NCBI GenBank assembly: GCA_036149055.1 | Contig: JAYZQJ010000220.1 | Location: forward strand, 1 to 31,254 | Direction: 5' to 3' | Source: Myxococcota bacterium | GTDB lineage: Bacteria; Myxococcota_A; Polyangia; Polyangiales; Sandaracinaceae | DNA length: 31,254 bases | In this document: positions 19,178 through 31,086 of the stretch, in pieces | Layout of the letters: every line of letters starts with the position of its first letter | How positions within the stretch are numbered: position 1 is the stretch's first letter | Translations under genes and position numbers: made by a program | Notes under the pieces: model-generated | The model's database searches: none | Told to the model about the DNA's origin: nothing | What the model saw: the letters and a program-made list of their open reading frames with translations, nothing else

Positions 19178-20491
19178 CTACACGCGGACGGTCGCGGCCT
19201 CGAGATCGGACTCGGGCTCGCGCTCGACGAAGATCTCTTCGCAGGCCGGGCAGCGGCCGAAGGTCTCGGCCTCGGCGCGTCGGATCACCGCCTCGCAGCT
19301 CGCGCAGGCGGCGAGGAGCGCGTCGGCCGGGAAGACGAGCTCCCCGAAGAGCTCGCGGACGTGGGCGGGATCGAGGCTCGCGGCCGGGTCGCCCGGGTGC
19401 CACAGCACGTCGACCGCGGAGAGCTCGTCTTCGTCGGCCGGCAGGCACGAGCGCAGCGCGTGGACCAGGGCGGCGCGATCGGTCGCGCGGGAGAGCGCGG
19501 GCAGCTCGCAGCGGTGGCGCACCAGGAGGGTCAGCACCACCCAGCCCTCGCGCGCGCTCCGGTAGTCGCTCGCCTTCGACTCGCCGCGCACCGCGCGGAG
19601 CCGGTCGGCGAGGGCCTCGGCGCGGGCCTCGGTCTCGAAGTCCGGCGCGCGCTGCCGGCTGGCAGAGAAGGCGCGCACCTCGCCGGCGTAGGCGACGAGC
19701 GCGTCGCGCAGGGCCCGCGCGTCGTCGAGCCGGCCGCGCGCCGCCCGCTCGGCCAGCTCGCTCAGCTCGCCCCGCAGCCCGGCCGGGAGCGCGATCGTGA
19801 TCCGCCGCAGGGTGTGATCGCCGTCCCGCCCCGCGCCGGTCCAGCGCCGGAGGCTGCTCTCGAGCAGCAGGCCGAGCACGAGCACGAAGAGCGTGGTGAC
19901 GAGGACCGGCACCGAGCGGTCGACCGACTCCGCCTCGGCGGGCGGGATGTCGTAGCCGTGCACCGGGTGGCCGGCGAGGGCGGCGTCGGCGTGCGCGACC
20001 GCGGTGGCCAGGTAGCGCGGGTGCGCCGCCCCCTCCCAGTCGACCGGCGCGAGCTGGGCGCGCCACTCGAAGGTGACGGGGCGGCGGCGCGGGCCGACGA
20101 AGGGCGCAGCGCAGACGGTCGCGGTGGTCACGCCGTCGTGGCCCGGGGTCGTCAGCACCGGGAGGCGCATGCGCTCGCCGTGACGCTGCCAGCGCGCGAC
20201 GTCGAGGCGGGTGACGCGGTGCGGGCCGGCCGCCGAGACGGCGATGAGCGCGCAGCCGTCGGGGGCCACGCTCACGCTCCGCTCGACCGCGTCGGCGTCG
20301 ATCTCGATCAGCTCGGCGTCGGTCTCGGTGACCGCGACGGTGCGGGCGGCGAGCCGCGCCCGGTCCTCCGCCGCGCGCTCCGCGGTCTCGACGTCGTGGA
20401 ACGGGCGGACCTGCGGTGGGCTCCAGGAGAGATACGCCGCCGCGCCCGCGACGAGCGCGAGGACGACGACGAACACGCGACCCTTCCGCAC
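19178..20491 (-). CDS. Membrane protein with DUF1517-like cytoplasmic domain and C-terminal zinc ribbon
   Basis: N-terminal and central TM segments; WVVLTLLV..ALVHAL..AVDVLWHP..LFGEL resembles DUF1517; CASC..CPAC. Confidence 0.65.
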   Translation of the reverse strand: MRKGRVFVVVLALVAGAAAYLSWSPPQVRPFHDVETAERAAEDRARLAARTVAVTETDAELIEIDADAVERSVSVAPDGCALIAVSAAGPHRVTRLDVARWQRHGERMRLPVLTTPGHDGVTTATVCAAPFVGPRRRPVTFEWRAQLAPVDWEGAAHPRYLATAVAHADAALAGHPVHGYDIPPAEAESVDRSVPVLVTTLFVLVLGLLLESSLRRWTGAGRDGDHTLRRITIALPAGLRGELSELAERAARGRLDDARALRDALVAYAGEVRAFSASRQRAPDFETEARAEALADRLRAVRGESKASDYRSAREGWVVLTLLVRHRCELPALSRATDRAALVHALRSCLPADEDELSAVDVLWHPGDPAASLDPAHVRELFGELVFPADALLAACASCEAVIRRAEAETFGRCPACEEIFVEREPESDLEAATVRV

Positions 20492-20537
20492 GAAGAAAAC
20501 GTAGCGCCACCTCGCGCGTCTGGCGACGGCGGCCGGG

Positions 20538-22289
<1,752 letters not shown>

Positions 22290-22300
22290 GCCCCAGGCTA

Positions 22301-22921
22301 TCAGAGATAAGTTTCGAAGACGTCGAGGGCGACGGCGCTGGACCAGTCGCGGCGGCCGTCGACCCGGAGCCGGATCACGCCGTCGGGGTCGATGACCCAG
22401 GTCTCGGGGAACAGCCGGGTGCCGAACTTCTCACGGACGACCTCGCGGTCCGGGTCGAGCAGCACGGTCATCGGCACGTCGTCGGGCACCGCGCTGCGCA
22501 CGGTCTCCCAGTCGCGGTCGACGCTGATGGTGATCAGCTCGATGTCGTCGCGATCGGCGAGGATGCGCGAGAGGCTGATCAGCGACGGCATCTCCTCCAT
22601 GCAGGGCTGGCAGGTGACCGTCCAGAAGTTCAGGACGAGCACCTTCCCCCGGTGGTCCGACAGCCGCCAGGTGGAGCCGTCGCGCTGGGGGAGCTCGAAG
22701 TCCGGCGCGGTCCGGTCGTTCCCCATGTAGTGCTGTGGGGTCTGCCGGCCGGCGGCGAGCGCCTCGTAGGCGTCGGTCCCGATCAGCGAGCGGACCGGCA
22801 TCTCGCGGCGCCGGACCTCACCGTCCGCGAACGCGCTCGCGACGCCGTAGATCAGGGGCGCGCCGATGGCCGCGACCAGCAGGAGCGCGGCCATGTCCGC
22901 GCTGCGATTGGAGGGCTCCAT
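22301..22921 (-). CDS. TlpA/ResA-family thiol-disulfide oxidoreductase
   Basis: N-terminal membrane anchor; APDFEL, GKVLVLNFWTVTCQPCMEEMP, FPETWVIDPDG. Confidence 0.92.
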   Translation of the reverse strand: MEPSNRSADMAALLLVAAIGAPLIYGVASAFADGEVRRREMPVRSLIGTDAYEALAAGRQTPQHYMGNDRTAPDFELPQRDGSTWRLSDHRGKVLVLNFWTVTCQPCMEEMPSLISLSRILADRDDIELITISVDRDWETVRSAVPDDVPMTVLLDPDREVVREKFGTRLFPETWVIDPDGVIRLRVDGRRDWSSAVALDVFETYL

Positions 22922-22955
22922 GCGAGCGGAACCCTAGCATCAGGGGGGAGCCGGG

Positions 22956-23135
22956 TCAGGCGACGTCGGCCGCCGCCTCGGGCTCGGGCAGGCGCACGAG
23001 CGAGAGCAGGTCCTCGAAGTGGCGGTCGACCCAGGCCGAGGTCTCGCGCAGGCGCCTGAGCTGCACGATGAGGTTGCCGCCGTTCACCGCCTGTTGCACG
23101 CCGCTCTTGGGTCGCGCTCGCTGCTCTTGATCCAT
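22956..23135 (-). CDS. Small hypothetical protein (59 aa)
   Basis: AAGGAG/GGGGGA purine tract before ATG 23135; fills the gap between same-strand genes. Confidence 0.55.
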   Translation of the reverse strand: MDQEQRARPKSGVQQAVNGGNLIVQLRRLRETSAWVDRHFEDLLSLVRLPEPEAAADVA

Positions 23136-23207
23136 GTGTTCCCCCGACTCCTTCAATTCGGCACGATCGGAGAGAACGTCAAGATCCCGAAACATTAACG
23201 TCCACTG

Positions 23208-23687
23208 TCAGAGGGGGGCGGCCACCTCGGGCGGTCGGACGCGCGCGCCCCCGATGCGCAGGAACACGCCCTCGTCGTCCTCCTCGATCAGCGCCTCGAG
23301 CTGCATCATCGCGTGGGCGTCGAAGCGCGCCGTCATCTCGCCGGGCACGTCGCAGTAGAGCGCGCCCTCGGGCCCCTGACGGAGCGTCGACGGATCGAGC
23401 GCCGCGGTGGTGTCGTCCGAGAGCCGCAGCGTGACCGCGCCGTCGCTCACCTCGACGCTGCGCACGAAGCGCGGCGGCCCCTCGAGGCCGACGTACGCCC
23501 AGTTGATGTCGTTGGAGAGGCACCAGCGGCCGGAGCCGTCGGGCGCGGGGCGCAGCCAGGCGTCGAACGCGCGAGTGAGCAGCGTGTGCGTGATCTCGGT
23601 GCCGTCGTTGAACCACCGGCCGCGCGCGTCGCGGTGGATCTTCGTCTCACGAGTTCGGCCCTTCAGCATGTCCGCGGGATCGACCAT
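23208..23687 (-). CDS. DUF1285-like protein
   Basis: IHRDARGRWFNDGTEITH..F, YVGLEGPPRFV, LSDDT, ALYCDV..TARFDAHA. Confidence 0.75.
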   Translation of the reverse strand: MVDPADMLKGRTRETKIHRDARGRWFNDGTEITHTLLTRAFDAWLRPAPDGSGRWCLSNDINWAYVGLEGPPRFVRSVEVSDGAVTLRLSDDTTAALDPSTLRQGPEGALYCDVPGEMTARFDAHAMMQLEALIEEDDEGVFLRIGGARVRPPEVAAPL

Positions 23688-23830
23688 GCCGGGAGCATAG
23701 GTCCATCCGCCCACGCTGTAAGGGGGCGCCCCCTGGCGCCGCTGAATCGCGCGCCTCACGATTCCGTCAGGAAAACGCGTGGCCTCCCGCCGCGTGATAG
23801 CGTGAATCGTTTGAATTCGGCGGCGAAGAG

Positions 23831-26800
23831 ATGAGCCGCGCGCGCCTGTGGCAGCGGTGGCGGCGGTGGCTGGCGGTCCTCGGGATCTTCGCCCTCGGCA
23901 TCCCTGCGTCCGCCGCCCTGATGGTCCGCTCGTCCACCAGCCGCGAGCGGCTCCACGACCTCGCGACGAACGTCATCCGGGACGAGCTCGGGCTGCGCGC
24001 CACCATCGGCCGCGTCCAGCTGCAGCTGGTGCCCTTCGCGCTCAAGGCCCGCGACATCACCCTCGACGATCCCGTCTACGGGCGCTTCGCCACCGCCGAG
24101 GAGCTGAGCATCGAGCCGAGCTTCCGCGCCCTCCTGCGCGGCGGCATCGACATCGACACGATCCGGATCCGCCGGGCCGACCTGCGGCTCGTGGTGCGGA
24201 ACGGGCAGGTGCGGAACCTGCCGCGCGCCGAGGGCCCGCCGCCGAGCGGAGGCGGGCCGCCCACCCTGCCCTTCGACGCCTTCTACGTCATCGACTCCAC
24301 CCTGACGGTGGACGCCGAGCCGCACGCGTCCGGTCAGCTGCGCCACGTCGACCTGGAGGTCACCGGCATCGAGGGCGGCATCGCGATCGAGGCCGACAGC
24401 CGCGACGGCTGGGTCCGGCATCGAGGCGGCCGGGACACGATCTCGCTCATCGACGCGCGGGCCGAGATCACCGAGCACGAGATCCGCCTGCCGCACGTGG
24501 AGCTCGAGACGCCCCACCTCGACGTGGCGGTGCGGACCGCGGTGCTGCCCATCCCCTTCGAGGACCACGGCTACTCGGGGCACGTCGAGCTGAGCTACGA
24601 CCTCGGCCAGCTCGAGCGCCTTCCCCTCCCCGAGGACGTGACGCTGCCGCCGATCCAGGGGCGCGTCGCTTTGAACGCGCGCTTCTTCACCCGCGACGAC
24701 GTGCAGCACGCCCAGGGCATGGTGGAGCTGCGCGACGGCGTCATCGAGCAGTTCGGGATCGGCGAGACCGCGCACATCGAGTTCCTGGCCAACCGAGACC
24801 GGGTGGCGCTCCGGGACGGGAGCTGGGTCACGGTCCCGCGCGGCGGCGGCCGGGTGAACCTCGCGGGCGGCCTGCAGCTCGACCCCGAGCGCGGCTTCCC
24901 GCTCGACGTGCGCGCCGACGTCGACGACGTGAGCTTCGCGCGGGTCATGCTCGACCTCGGGGTGACCGAGAACGGCATCGTCGAGTGGACGCTCGACGGC
25001 TCGCTGGTCCTGCGCGGCACGCTCGACCCGCTCCGGCTCGAGGGGCCGGTGCACCTCCGCACGCGCGACTTCCGCGTGACCCACGATCCCTGGCACGCCG
25101 AGCACGTGCGCCGGGTGATCGGGGTCAGCCACGGCACCTTCGACGGGCGCTGGACGATCCGCGAGGACGCGGTGCGCTTCCACGACCTCGTCGGCGTGCT
25201 GCCCCGCAGCCGCATCCGCGGGGACGTGCACCTGGGCTTCGACAACCAGCTGCGGGTGAACGCGCGCGCGGACGTCGACCTCCGGGACATCACGCCGCTC
25301 GACCGCTGGGCGATCCTCGGCGTCGGCACGGCGACCTGCACCATCGACGGCACCTTCCAGGATCCGCACGTGACCGGGCACGTCGACCTCGACGACTTCG
25401 TCTTCGACACCTTCCGGCTCGGCGACGTCGAGAGCGACGCCCTGCTCGACCCGGACGGCATGGGCGTGCACTTCGCGATGGTCAGCGCGGTCAAGAACGA
25501 GAGCCGCTACCGCGCGGAGAACCTCTACCTGAACTTCCACGACGACCGCTTCGAGATGACGGGGCTGATGCACCTCGACGGGCTCGCGCTGGCGGACTTC
25601 TATCACGTGTTCGGGTTCGAGGAGGACGAGCGGTTCGCGCCCTACCAGGGCACGGCGCGCGGGCAAGCCGACGTGCGATACACCAACGGCTTCCCCGACG
25701 ACTCCCCGAGCGGGACGCTCGACGTCGACCTGAACCTCGACTTCCCGACCGCGACCCTGAACGACTACGCGTTCGAGGACGGCCGGCTGGTCGGGCGCTG
25801 GCGCTGGCTGGACTGGGACCGCGGCGCGGCCGGCGCGGAGCTGTCGATCGCCCACCTCTCGCTCCACAAAGGCGAGGGCACGCTCAGCGTCTCCGGCGAC
25901 ATGCGCCTCGGGGGCCGCCTGGCGATGGACGCGGTGGCCGACCGGGTGATGCTCAGCCAGCTCGAGGGCATCGGCGACCGCTTCGACGGGCTCGACGGCG
26001 TCGCCACCGCGATCGGCCAGATCGGCGGCACCTTCGACGCGATGCGCGCCGACTTCGACGTCGGCGTGACGAACGTGACCTACGACGGCCGGCCCCTCGG
26101 CGACGGCCGCTTCTTCGTCCGGCTGACCGACACCAGCGATCCCTGGGTGGTCGAGGCCGGCGACTGGGATCGCCGCGAGCTGCCCGAGGCGCCGTGCGCG
26201 CGCGCCCGGGTCGGGCTGGCCCACGCCGACTGGCCGGCCGATCCGCCGATGCGCACGATCGAGGGGCTGATGCCGCGGCTCGAGCGCCCGAGCGCGTTCC
26301 TGATCTGCGGCTCCGGGCTCGACGATCACCTCTTCGTCGACCTCGCGGTCGGCCGCACCGAGCCGCTCCCGCTGCGGGGCGTCGTCCGCCTGGACGGCTT
26401 CGACTTCGGCGCGCTCCTCCCGCGGAGCGAGGGCACGATGCCCTTCGAGGGCGCGGTGAGCGGCGAGCTCGCGTTCGACGACGGCGCGATGCGGCAGCTC
26501 GAGACGCTCGAGGGCAGCGTCCGCCTGACCGACGTGCGCCTCGCCCGCGCCGACCTGGAGATCCGGAACCGCCGCGACGTCGACCTGGTCTTCAAGGACG
26601 GCGTGCTCGCGATCAACAAGGCGCGCTTCGTCGGCCCGGACTCGCGCCTCCGGGTCCGCGGCCGGGCGTCGGTGGAGGACGGGCTCGCGCTGCAGGTGAA
26701 CGGCGACGTGGACCTCGGCCTGCTGACGCGGCTCTCGCCCAGCGTCGAGGAGGCCACCGGCCGGGTCGAGGCGCGCTTCAACGTGACCGGCCAGCTCGGC

Positions 26801-28054
26801 GATCCCGAGCTCTACGGCGAGGCGACGCTGGAGGGCGGACGCTTCCGCCTCGCGAGCTTCGACGAGCCCATCGAGCAGGTCGGCGGCCGGGTCCGGTTCA
26901 GCCAGCGCTCGATCCTCCTCGAGGAGCTGCACGCGGACGTCGCAGGCGGGCACGTGAGCGCGAGCGGCGCGGCCGAGCTCCGCGAGCAGTCCCTCGAGCG
27001 CTACGTGGTCGACGTCGCCGCGCGCGATCTGGGCTTCGACTTCGCCGAGGGCGTCGACACGAACCTCGGCGGGGAGATGCAGCTGAGCTGGAGCCGCGGC
27101 GAGCGGCTGCCGACCCTGCGCGGCGACCTCACGGTGAGCCGCTTCGAGTACACCCGCCCGATCGAGCTCCGGAGCCTGGGCGACGTCGCCGCCACCGCGG
27201 TCCGCGGGCTCATGCGCCAGGAGCGCACCGCGGTGCGGCGCTACGACCCCGAGGCGGACCTCGTCGCGCTCGATCTGCGGGTGGTGCAGCGGCGTCCCTT
27301 CCGGATCCAGAACAACCTCATCGACGCCGACGTCCGCCTCGACACGCGCGACCGCCCCTTCCGGCTGGTCGGCACCGATCAGCGCTATGGCGTGCAGGGC
27401 GCGATGCGGATCACCCGCGGCCAGCTCTACTTCCAGAACAACGAGTTCACCGTCCGCCGCGGCCGCATCACCTTCGACGACTCCACCCGCATCGACCCGC
27501 GGCTGGACATCGAGGCGACCACCGAGATCCGGCGGAGCAGCGATCTGTCGGCGCCCAGCTGGCGCATCGTGCTCAACCTCCTCGGCTCGAGCGACAACCT
27601 GCAGCTCGTCACCCGCAGCGACCCGGATCTCCCGCAGCCGGACATCCTGCTGCTGCTCGCGGTCGGCATGACGCGGGCCGAGCTCCAGCAGCTCCAGCAG
27701 GAGGGCGACCTGGCGAGCGCCGCCGCGCTCGAGGCGCTGACCACCATCACCGGGCTCGACCGGGAGGTGCGTCGCGCGGTGCCGCTCATCGACGACATCC
27801 GGGTGACGACCGGCTACTCGCCGCAGACCGGCCGGAGCGAGCCGCGGCTGTCGGTGGGCAAGCGCATCGCCGAGCGGGTGCGCCTCAGCGCGCAGACCGG
27901 GCTCGGCGAGTCGCGAGAGTTCCGCGGCGCGCTCGACTGGCAGCTCGACGACAACCAGCGCATCGGGCTGAGCTACGACAACTACAACATCAACGGGACC
28001 AACTCCTTCGGTAACCTCGGCGTCGACTGGGGTTATCGTCTGGAATTCGAGTGA
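23831..28054 (+). CDS. tamB: TamB (AsmA-like, DUF490) translocation and assembly module protein
   Basis: N-terminal anchor; about 1400 aa of beta-taco-like repeats; C-terminal GRITFDD..IDPRLDIEA..LVTRSDPDLPQPDILLLL..LSVGKRI. Confidence 0.9.
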   Translation: MSRARLWQRWRRWLAVLGIFALGIPASAALMVRSSTSRERLHDLATNVIRDELGLRATIGRVQLQLVPFALKARDITLDDPVYGRFATAEELSIEPSFRALLRGGIDIDTIRIRRADLRLVVRNGQVRNLPRAEGPPPSGGGPPTLPFDAFYVIDSTLTVDAEPHASGQLRHVDLEVTGIEGGIAIEADSRDGWVRHRGGRDTISLIDARAEITEHEIRLPHVELETPHLDVAVRTAVLPIPFEDHGYSGHVELSYDLGQLERLPLPEDVTLPPIQGRVALNARFFTRDDVQHAQGMVELRDGVIEQFGIGETAHIEFLANRDRVALRDGSWVTVPRGGGRVNLAGGLQLDPERGFPLDVRADVDDVSFARVMLDLGVTENGIVEWTLDGSLVLRGTLDPLRLEGPVHLRTRDFRVTHDPWHAEHVRRVIGVSHGTFDGRWTIREDAVRFHDLVGVLPRSRIRGDVHLGFDNQLRVNARADVDLRDITPLDRWAILGVGTATCTIDGTFQDPHVTGHVDLDDFVFDTFRLGDVESDALLDPDGMGVHFAMVSAVKNESRYRAENLYLNFHDDRFEMTGLMHLDGLALADFYHVFGFEEDERFAPYQGTARGQADVRYTNGFPDDSPSGTLDVDLNLDFPTATLNDYAFEDGRLVGRWRWLDWDRGAAGAELSIAHLSLHKGEGTLSVSGDMRLGGRLAMDAVADRVMLSQLEGIGDRFDGLDGVATAIGQIGGTFDAMRADFDVGVTNVTYDGRPLGDGRFFVRLTDTSDPWVVEAGDWDRRELPEAPCARARVGLAHADWPADPPMRTIEGLMPRLERPSAFLICGSGLDDHLFVDLAVGRTEPLPLRGVVRLDGFDFGALLPRSEGTMPFEGAVSGELAFDDGAMRQLETLEGSVRLTDVRLARADLEIRNRRDVDLVFKDGVLAINKARFVGPDSRLRVRGRASVEDGLALQVNGDVDLGLLTRLSPSVEEATGRVEARFNVTGQLGDPELYGEATLEGGRFRLASFDEPIEQVGGRVRFSQRSILLEELHADVAGGHVSASGAAELREQSLERYVVDVAARDLGFDFAEGVDTNLGGEMQLSWSRGERLPTLRGDLTVSRFEYTRPIELRSLGDVAATAVRGLMRQERTAVRRYDPEADLVALDLRVVQRRPFRIQNNLIDADVRLDTRDRPFRLVGTDQRYGVQGAMRITRGQLYFQNNEFTVRRGRITFDDSTRIDPRLDIEATTEIRRSSDLSAPSWRIVLNLLGSSDNLQLVTRSDPDLPQPDILLLLAVGMTRAELQQLQQEGDLASAAALEALTTITGLDREVRRAVPLIDDIRVTTGYSPQTGRSEPRLSVGKRIAERVRLSAQTGLGESREFRGALDWQLDDNQRIGLSYDNYNINGTNSFGNLGVDWGYRLEFE

Positions 28055-31000
28055 GGTCGCCGAAGCTCCCGATCCTCGCGGCGCTCTTCTGGGCGCTCGC
28101 GATGCCCGCGTCCGCCCAGCTCCCCCGCAACCTGGTGCGGCGGCGCGTGGTCGACGTGCGCGTGACCGGCGAGACGAGCGGCGCGACCGGCGCGCGCGAC
28201 GTCGGCATCCCGGTCGGCGCGCCCCTCACCCGGCGTCTCCTCCGCACCACGGTGCAGCAGCTCCTCGAGAGCGGGCGCTGGGCCGACGTGCAGATCGACG
28301 CGGTCGCCGAGGGCAGCGGCGTCGCCCTCATCGTGCAGCTGGTCCCGCGGATCGTGATCACGCGGGTCGACGTGATCGGCAACGCGGTGCTGTCCGACGA
28401 GGACGTCGAGCAGGTGCTGGCGCTCGGCATCGACCGGGAGCTGCAGCAGGGGCAGCTCGCGGCGCTCGCCGAGGCGGTGGCCGCCGCCTACGTCGAGCGA
28501 GGCTACGCGGACGCGCGGATCACCCTGCGCCTGCGCGACACCGACGACCCGACCCGCAAGGTGCTCCGGGTCCGGGTCGCGGAGGGCGAGCCGGTGCGCG
28601 TGACCCGCTACGCCTGGGACGGCGACACGCCGCCCGGCGACCTCGACCTCCCCGGCGCGATCGGCATCGAGCCCGGCGACGTGCTCGACCGCACCCGGCT
28701 GCGCGACGGGGTGCGAGAGGCCGCGCGGGAGCTGCGGCGCGAGGGCTGGCTCGAGGCGCGACTGGGCGACCCCGAGCTCCGACGGGACGACGACGAGGCG
28801 GTGCTCGTGGTGCCGCTCTCGCTCGGCCCCCGCTACGACGTCCGCCTCGTCGGCCACGACCCGCTCCAGCGCACCACGGTCGAGGAGGTCCTGCAGCTCG
28901 AGGAGCAGCGACTCACCCGGCGCACCCTCGCCGCCCTCGAGGGGCGCGTGACCGAGCTCTTCCGCCGCCACGGCTTCCACCGCGCGCGGGTCACGATCGA
29001 TCGCTACGCCGGCGAGCGCGGCGGCGCCGTCCTCGAGATCCGCGCGCAGCCCGGTCGACAGCTCGCGGTCGTCGGCATGTCCTTCCCCGGGGCGACGCAC
29101 TGGGGGAGCGACTACCTGCGCGGTCAGGTCGTCAGCGTGCTCGAGTCGGAGCTGCCGGACACCCGCATGTTCTCGCCGGTCGACAGCGACACCGCCGACG
29201 CGCTCGGGCTCGGCGGCGGGCGGGTGCGCCGGGAGCGCGAGGTGCCCCGCCCGCTCGAGGTCGATCCGAGCCGGGTCTATTACGAGCCGCTCTACGAGCA
29301 GGCGGTCGAGCACCTGCGCGACGTCTACGAGGCGGCGGGGTTCTTGAGCGCCCGCCTCGGCCCGGCGCGCCTCGAGCCGGTGGGGCGCGGCCGCGCGATC
29401 GTCGTGATCCCCGTCTTCGAGGGCGCGCGCACCCTGCTCTACGGCGTGCGCCTCCGGGGCAACGCGGTGCTCGGGGATCGCGCGCTGCTCGAGGCCGCCG
29501 AGCTCCAGCGCGGGGAGCCGTTCAGCTACCTCGGCCTCGAGGAGGCGATCGGGCGCATGACCGAGCTCTATCGCGAGCGCGGCCACCTCTACGCCCGCAT
29601 CGAGCCGGACGTGCGCTTCAGCCAGGACCGCGAGCGGGCCGAGGTGGTGCTCGACGTCGTGGAGCGCTTCGAGGTGCACGTCGGCGAGGTGCGGATCGAG
29701 GGCAACGAGCGCACGAGCGAGGGGCTCATCCGGGACTCGCTCCGCTTCCTCGAGGGCAGCCTCTACCGGCCGTCGGCCATCCAGGCGAGCCAGGAGGCGC
29801 TGATGGGGCTCGGCGTCTTCTCGAGCGTGAACATCCAGCCGGCCGATCCCGAGCTGCCCGAGCGGGTGAAGCCGGTGACGGTGACGGTGCGCGAGCGGCT
29901 GCCGCAGTACTTCGACTTCCAGCTCGGCATCTCGACCGGTCAGGGCGTCCGCAGCTCCTTCGAGTACGGATACCGCAACCTCTTCGGTTACGCGCTCGGA
30001 GTGACCGCGCGCGCCCAGCTCGGCCTGCAGTTCTTCTTCCAGGACGAGGAGCTCGAGCAGAACATCAGCGGCCTCCCCCTCGAGCAGCGGCTCGAGCGGC
30101 GGATCACCGTCACGCTCGCCCTCCCCCACATCACCGGCGTCGACAACGTCCGCTCCACCCTCGACCTCGTGCACCTGCGCGACAACCAGCGCGCCTTCGG
30201 CCTCGACAAGAACGGCGTCGCGCTGTCGTTCAACTGGCGGCCGATCTCGCGCCTCTCGTTCACCCTCTCCGGCGAGCTCGAGAACAACAACGTCCAGCTC
30301 TTCGGCGACCGGGAGAGCATCGAGGAGATCCTCGAGATGGCGATGGGCAACCCGCAGATCACGCGGCTGCTCCGGGTGCCCGAGGGCAACAGCATCGTCG
30401 TCTCGAGCCGGATCAGCGGCGCGCTCGATCAGCGCGACAGCCCGTTCGTGCCCACCGAGGGCTGGTTCTCGAGCGCGTCGGTCGAGTGGGTCCGCACCCT
30501 CGAGACCGACACCCAGGACGACACCGATCCGTTCTTCAGCCACTTCTTCAAGCTCACCGGCACCCTCAACGGCTACGTGCCGATCGGCGAGGTGGTGCTC
30601 GCCGGGCAGGTGCGCGCCGGCGGCGTGGTGCACATCGAGGACGGCTCGCGGACCTACCCGAACCGACAGTTCTTCCTCGGCGGCGTCGACACCATGCGCG
30701 GCTTCAACCAGGACCAGCTGCAGCCGCAGGACCTCGCGGAGTTCCAGCTCGAGAACCCCGAGGCGCGCACCGGCACGGTGTTGCAGGGCGGCGACTTCTT
30801 CTACCTGGTGCGCGCCGAGGTGCGCTTCCCCATCTTCGAGAGCCTCCAGGGCGCGCTCTTCGGCGACTTCGGCAACCACTGGTCCGACCCGGGCAGCATC
30901 GGCGCCGCGTGCCCCGCCGGGCTCTCGGCCGAGGAGTGCCTCTTCTTCCGCCCCACCGCCGGCCTCGGCCTCCGCCTCGCCACCCCCGTCGGCCCGCTGG

Positions 31001-31086
31001 CCCTCGACTACGGCTTCAACGTGCTCCGCCGCGAGTCGCTGAACGAGCCCTTCGGCGCCTTCCACTTCTCCATCGGCGTATTCTGA
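28051..31086 (+). CDS. Omp85-family (TamA/BamA-like) outer membrane protein with multiple POTRA domains
   Basis: Signal peptide; repeated POTRA patterns (IEGNERT..IR..L..G, LMGLGVFSSV); FFLGGVDTMRGF (L6 motif); TPVGPLALDYG; C-terminal Phe; GTGA coupling to tamB. Confidence 0.92.
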   Translation: MRSPKLPILAALFWALAMPASAQLPRNLVRRRVVDVRVTGETSGATGARDVGIPVGAPLTRRLLRTTVQQLLESGRWADVQIDAVAEGSGVALIVQLVPRIVITRVDVIGNAVLSDEDVEQVLALGIDRELQQGQLAALAEAVAAAYVERGYADARITLRLRDTDDPTRKVLRVRVAEGEPVRVTRYAWDGDTPPGDLDLPGAIGIEPGDVLDRTRLRDGVREAARELRREGWLEARLGDPELRRDDDEAVLVVPLSLGPRYDVRLVGHDPLQRTTVEEVLQLEEQRLTRRTLAALEGRVTELFRRHGFHRARVTIDRYAGERGGAVLEIRAQPGRQLAVVGMSFPGATHWGSDYLRGQVVSVLESELPDTRMFSPVDSDTADALGLGGGRVRREREVPRPLEVDPSRVYYEPLYEQAVEHLRDVYEAAGFLSARLGPARLEPVGRGRAIVVIPVFEGARTLLYGVRLRGNAVLGDRALLEAAELQRGEPFSYLGLEEAIGRMTELYRERGHLYARIEPDVRFSQDRERAEVVLDVVERFEVHVGEVRIEGNERTSEGLIRDSLRFLEGSLYRPSAIQASQEALMGLGVFSSVNIQPADPELPERVKPVTVTVRERLPQYFDFQLGISTGQGVRSSFEYGYRNLFGYALGVTARAQLGLQFFFQDEELEQNISGLPLEQRLERRITVTLALPHITGVDNVRSTLDLVHLRDNQRAFGLDKNGVALSFNWRPISRLSFTLSGELENNNVQLFGDRESIEEILEMAMGNPQITRLLRVPEGNSIVVSSRISGALDQRDSPFVPTEGWFSSASVEWVRTLETDTQDDTDPFFSHFFKLTGTLNGYVPIGEVVLAGQVRAGGVVHIEDGSRTYPNRQFFLGGVDTMRGFNQDQLQPQDLAEFQLENPEARTGTVLQGGDFFYLVRAEVRFPIFESLQGALFGDFGNHWSDPGSIGAACPAGLSAEECLFFRPTAGLGLRLATPVGPLALDYGFNVLRRESLNEPFGAFHFSIGVF

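Noticed and set aside
23721..23734. Perfect palindrome AGGGGGCGCCCCCT
   Set aside because: Low-complexity G/C runs with a single occurrence and no supporting context.
23756..28014. Very long alternative ORFs (23756-26953 -, 23848-28014 +; also 7254-9914, 2639-4876 and others)
   Set aside because: These are R/G/A/P-rich or antisense shadow frames caused by stop-codon scarcity at high GC, and they overlap motif-supported genes.
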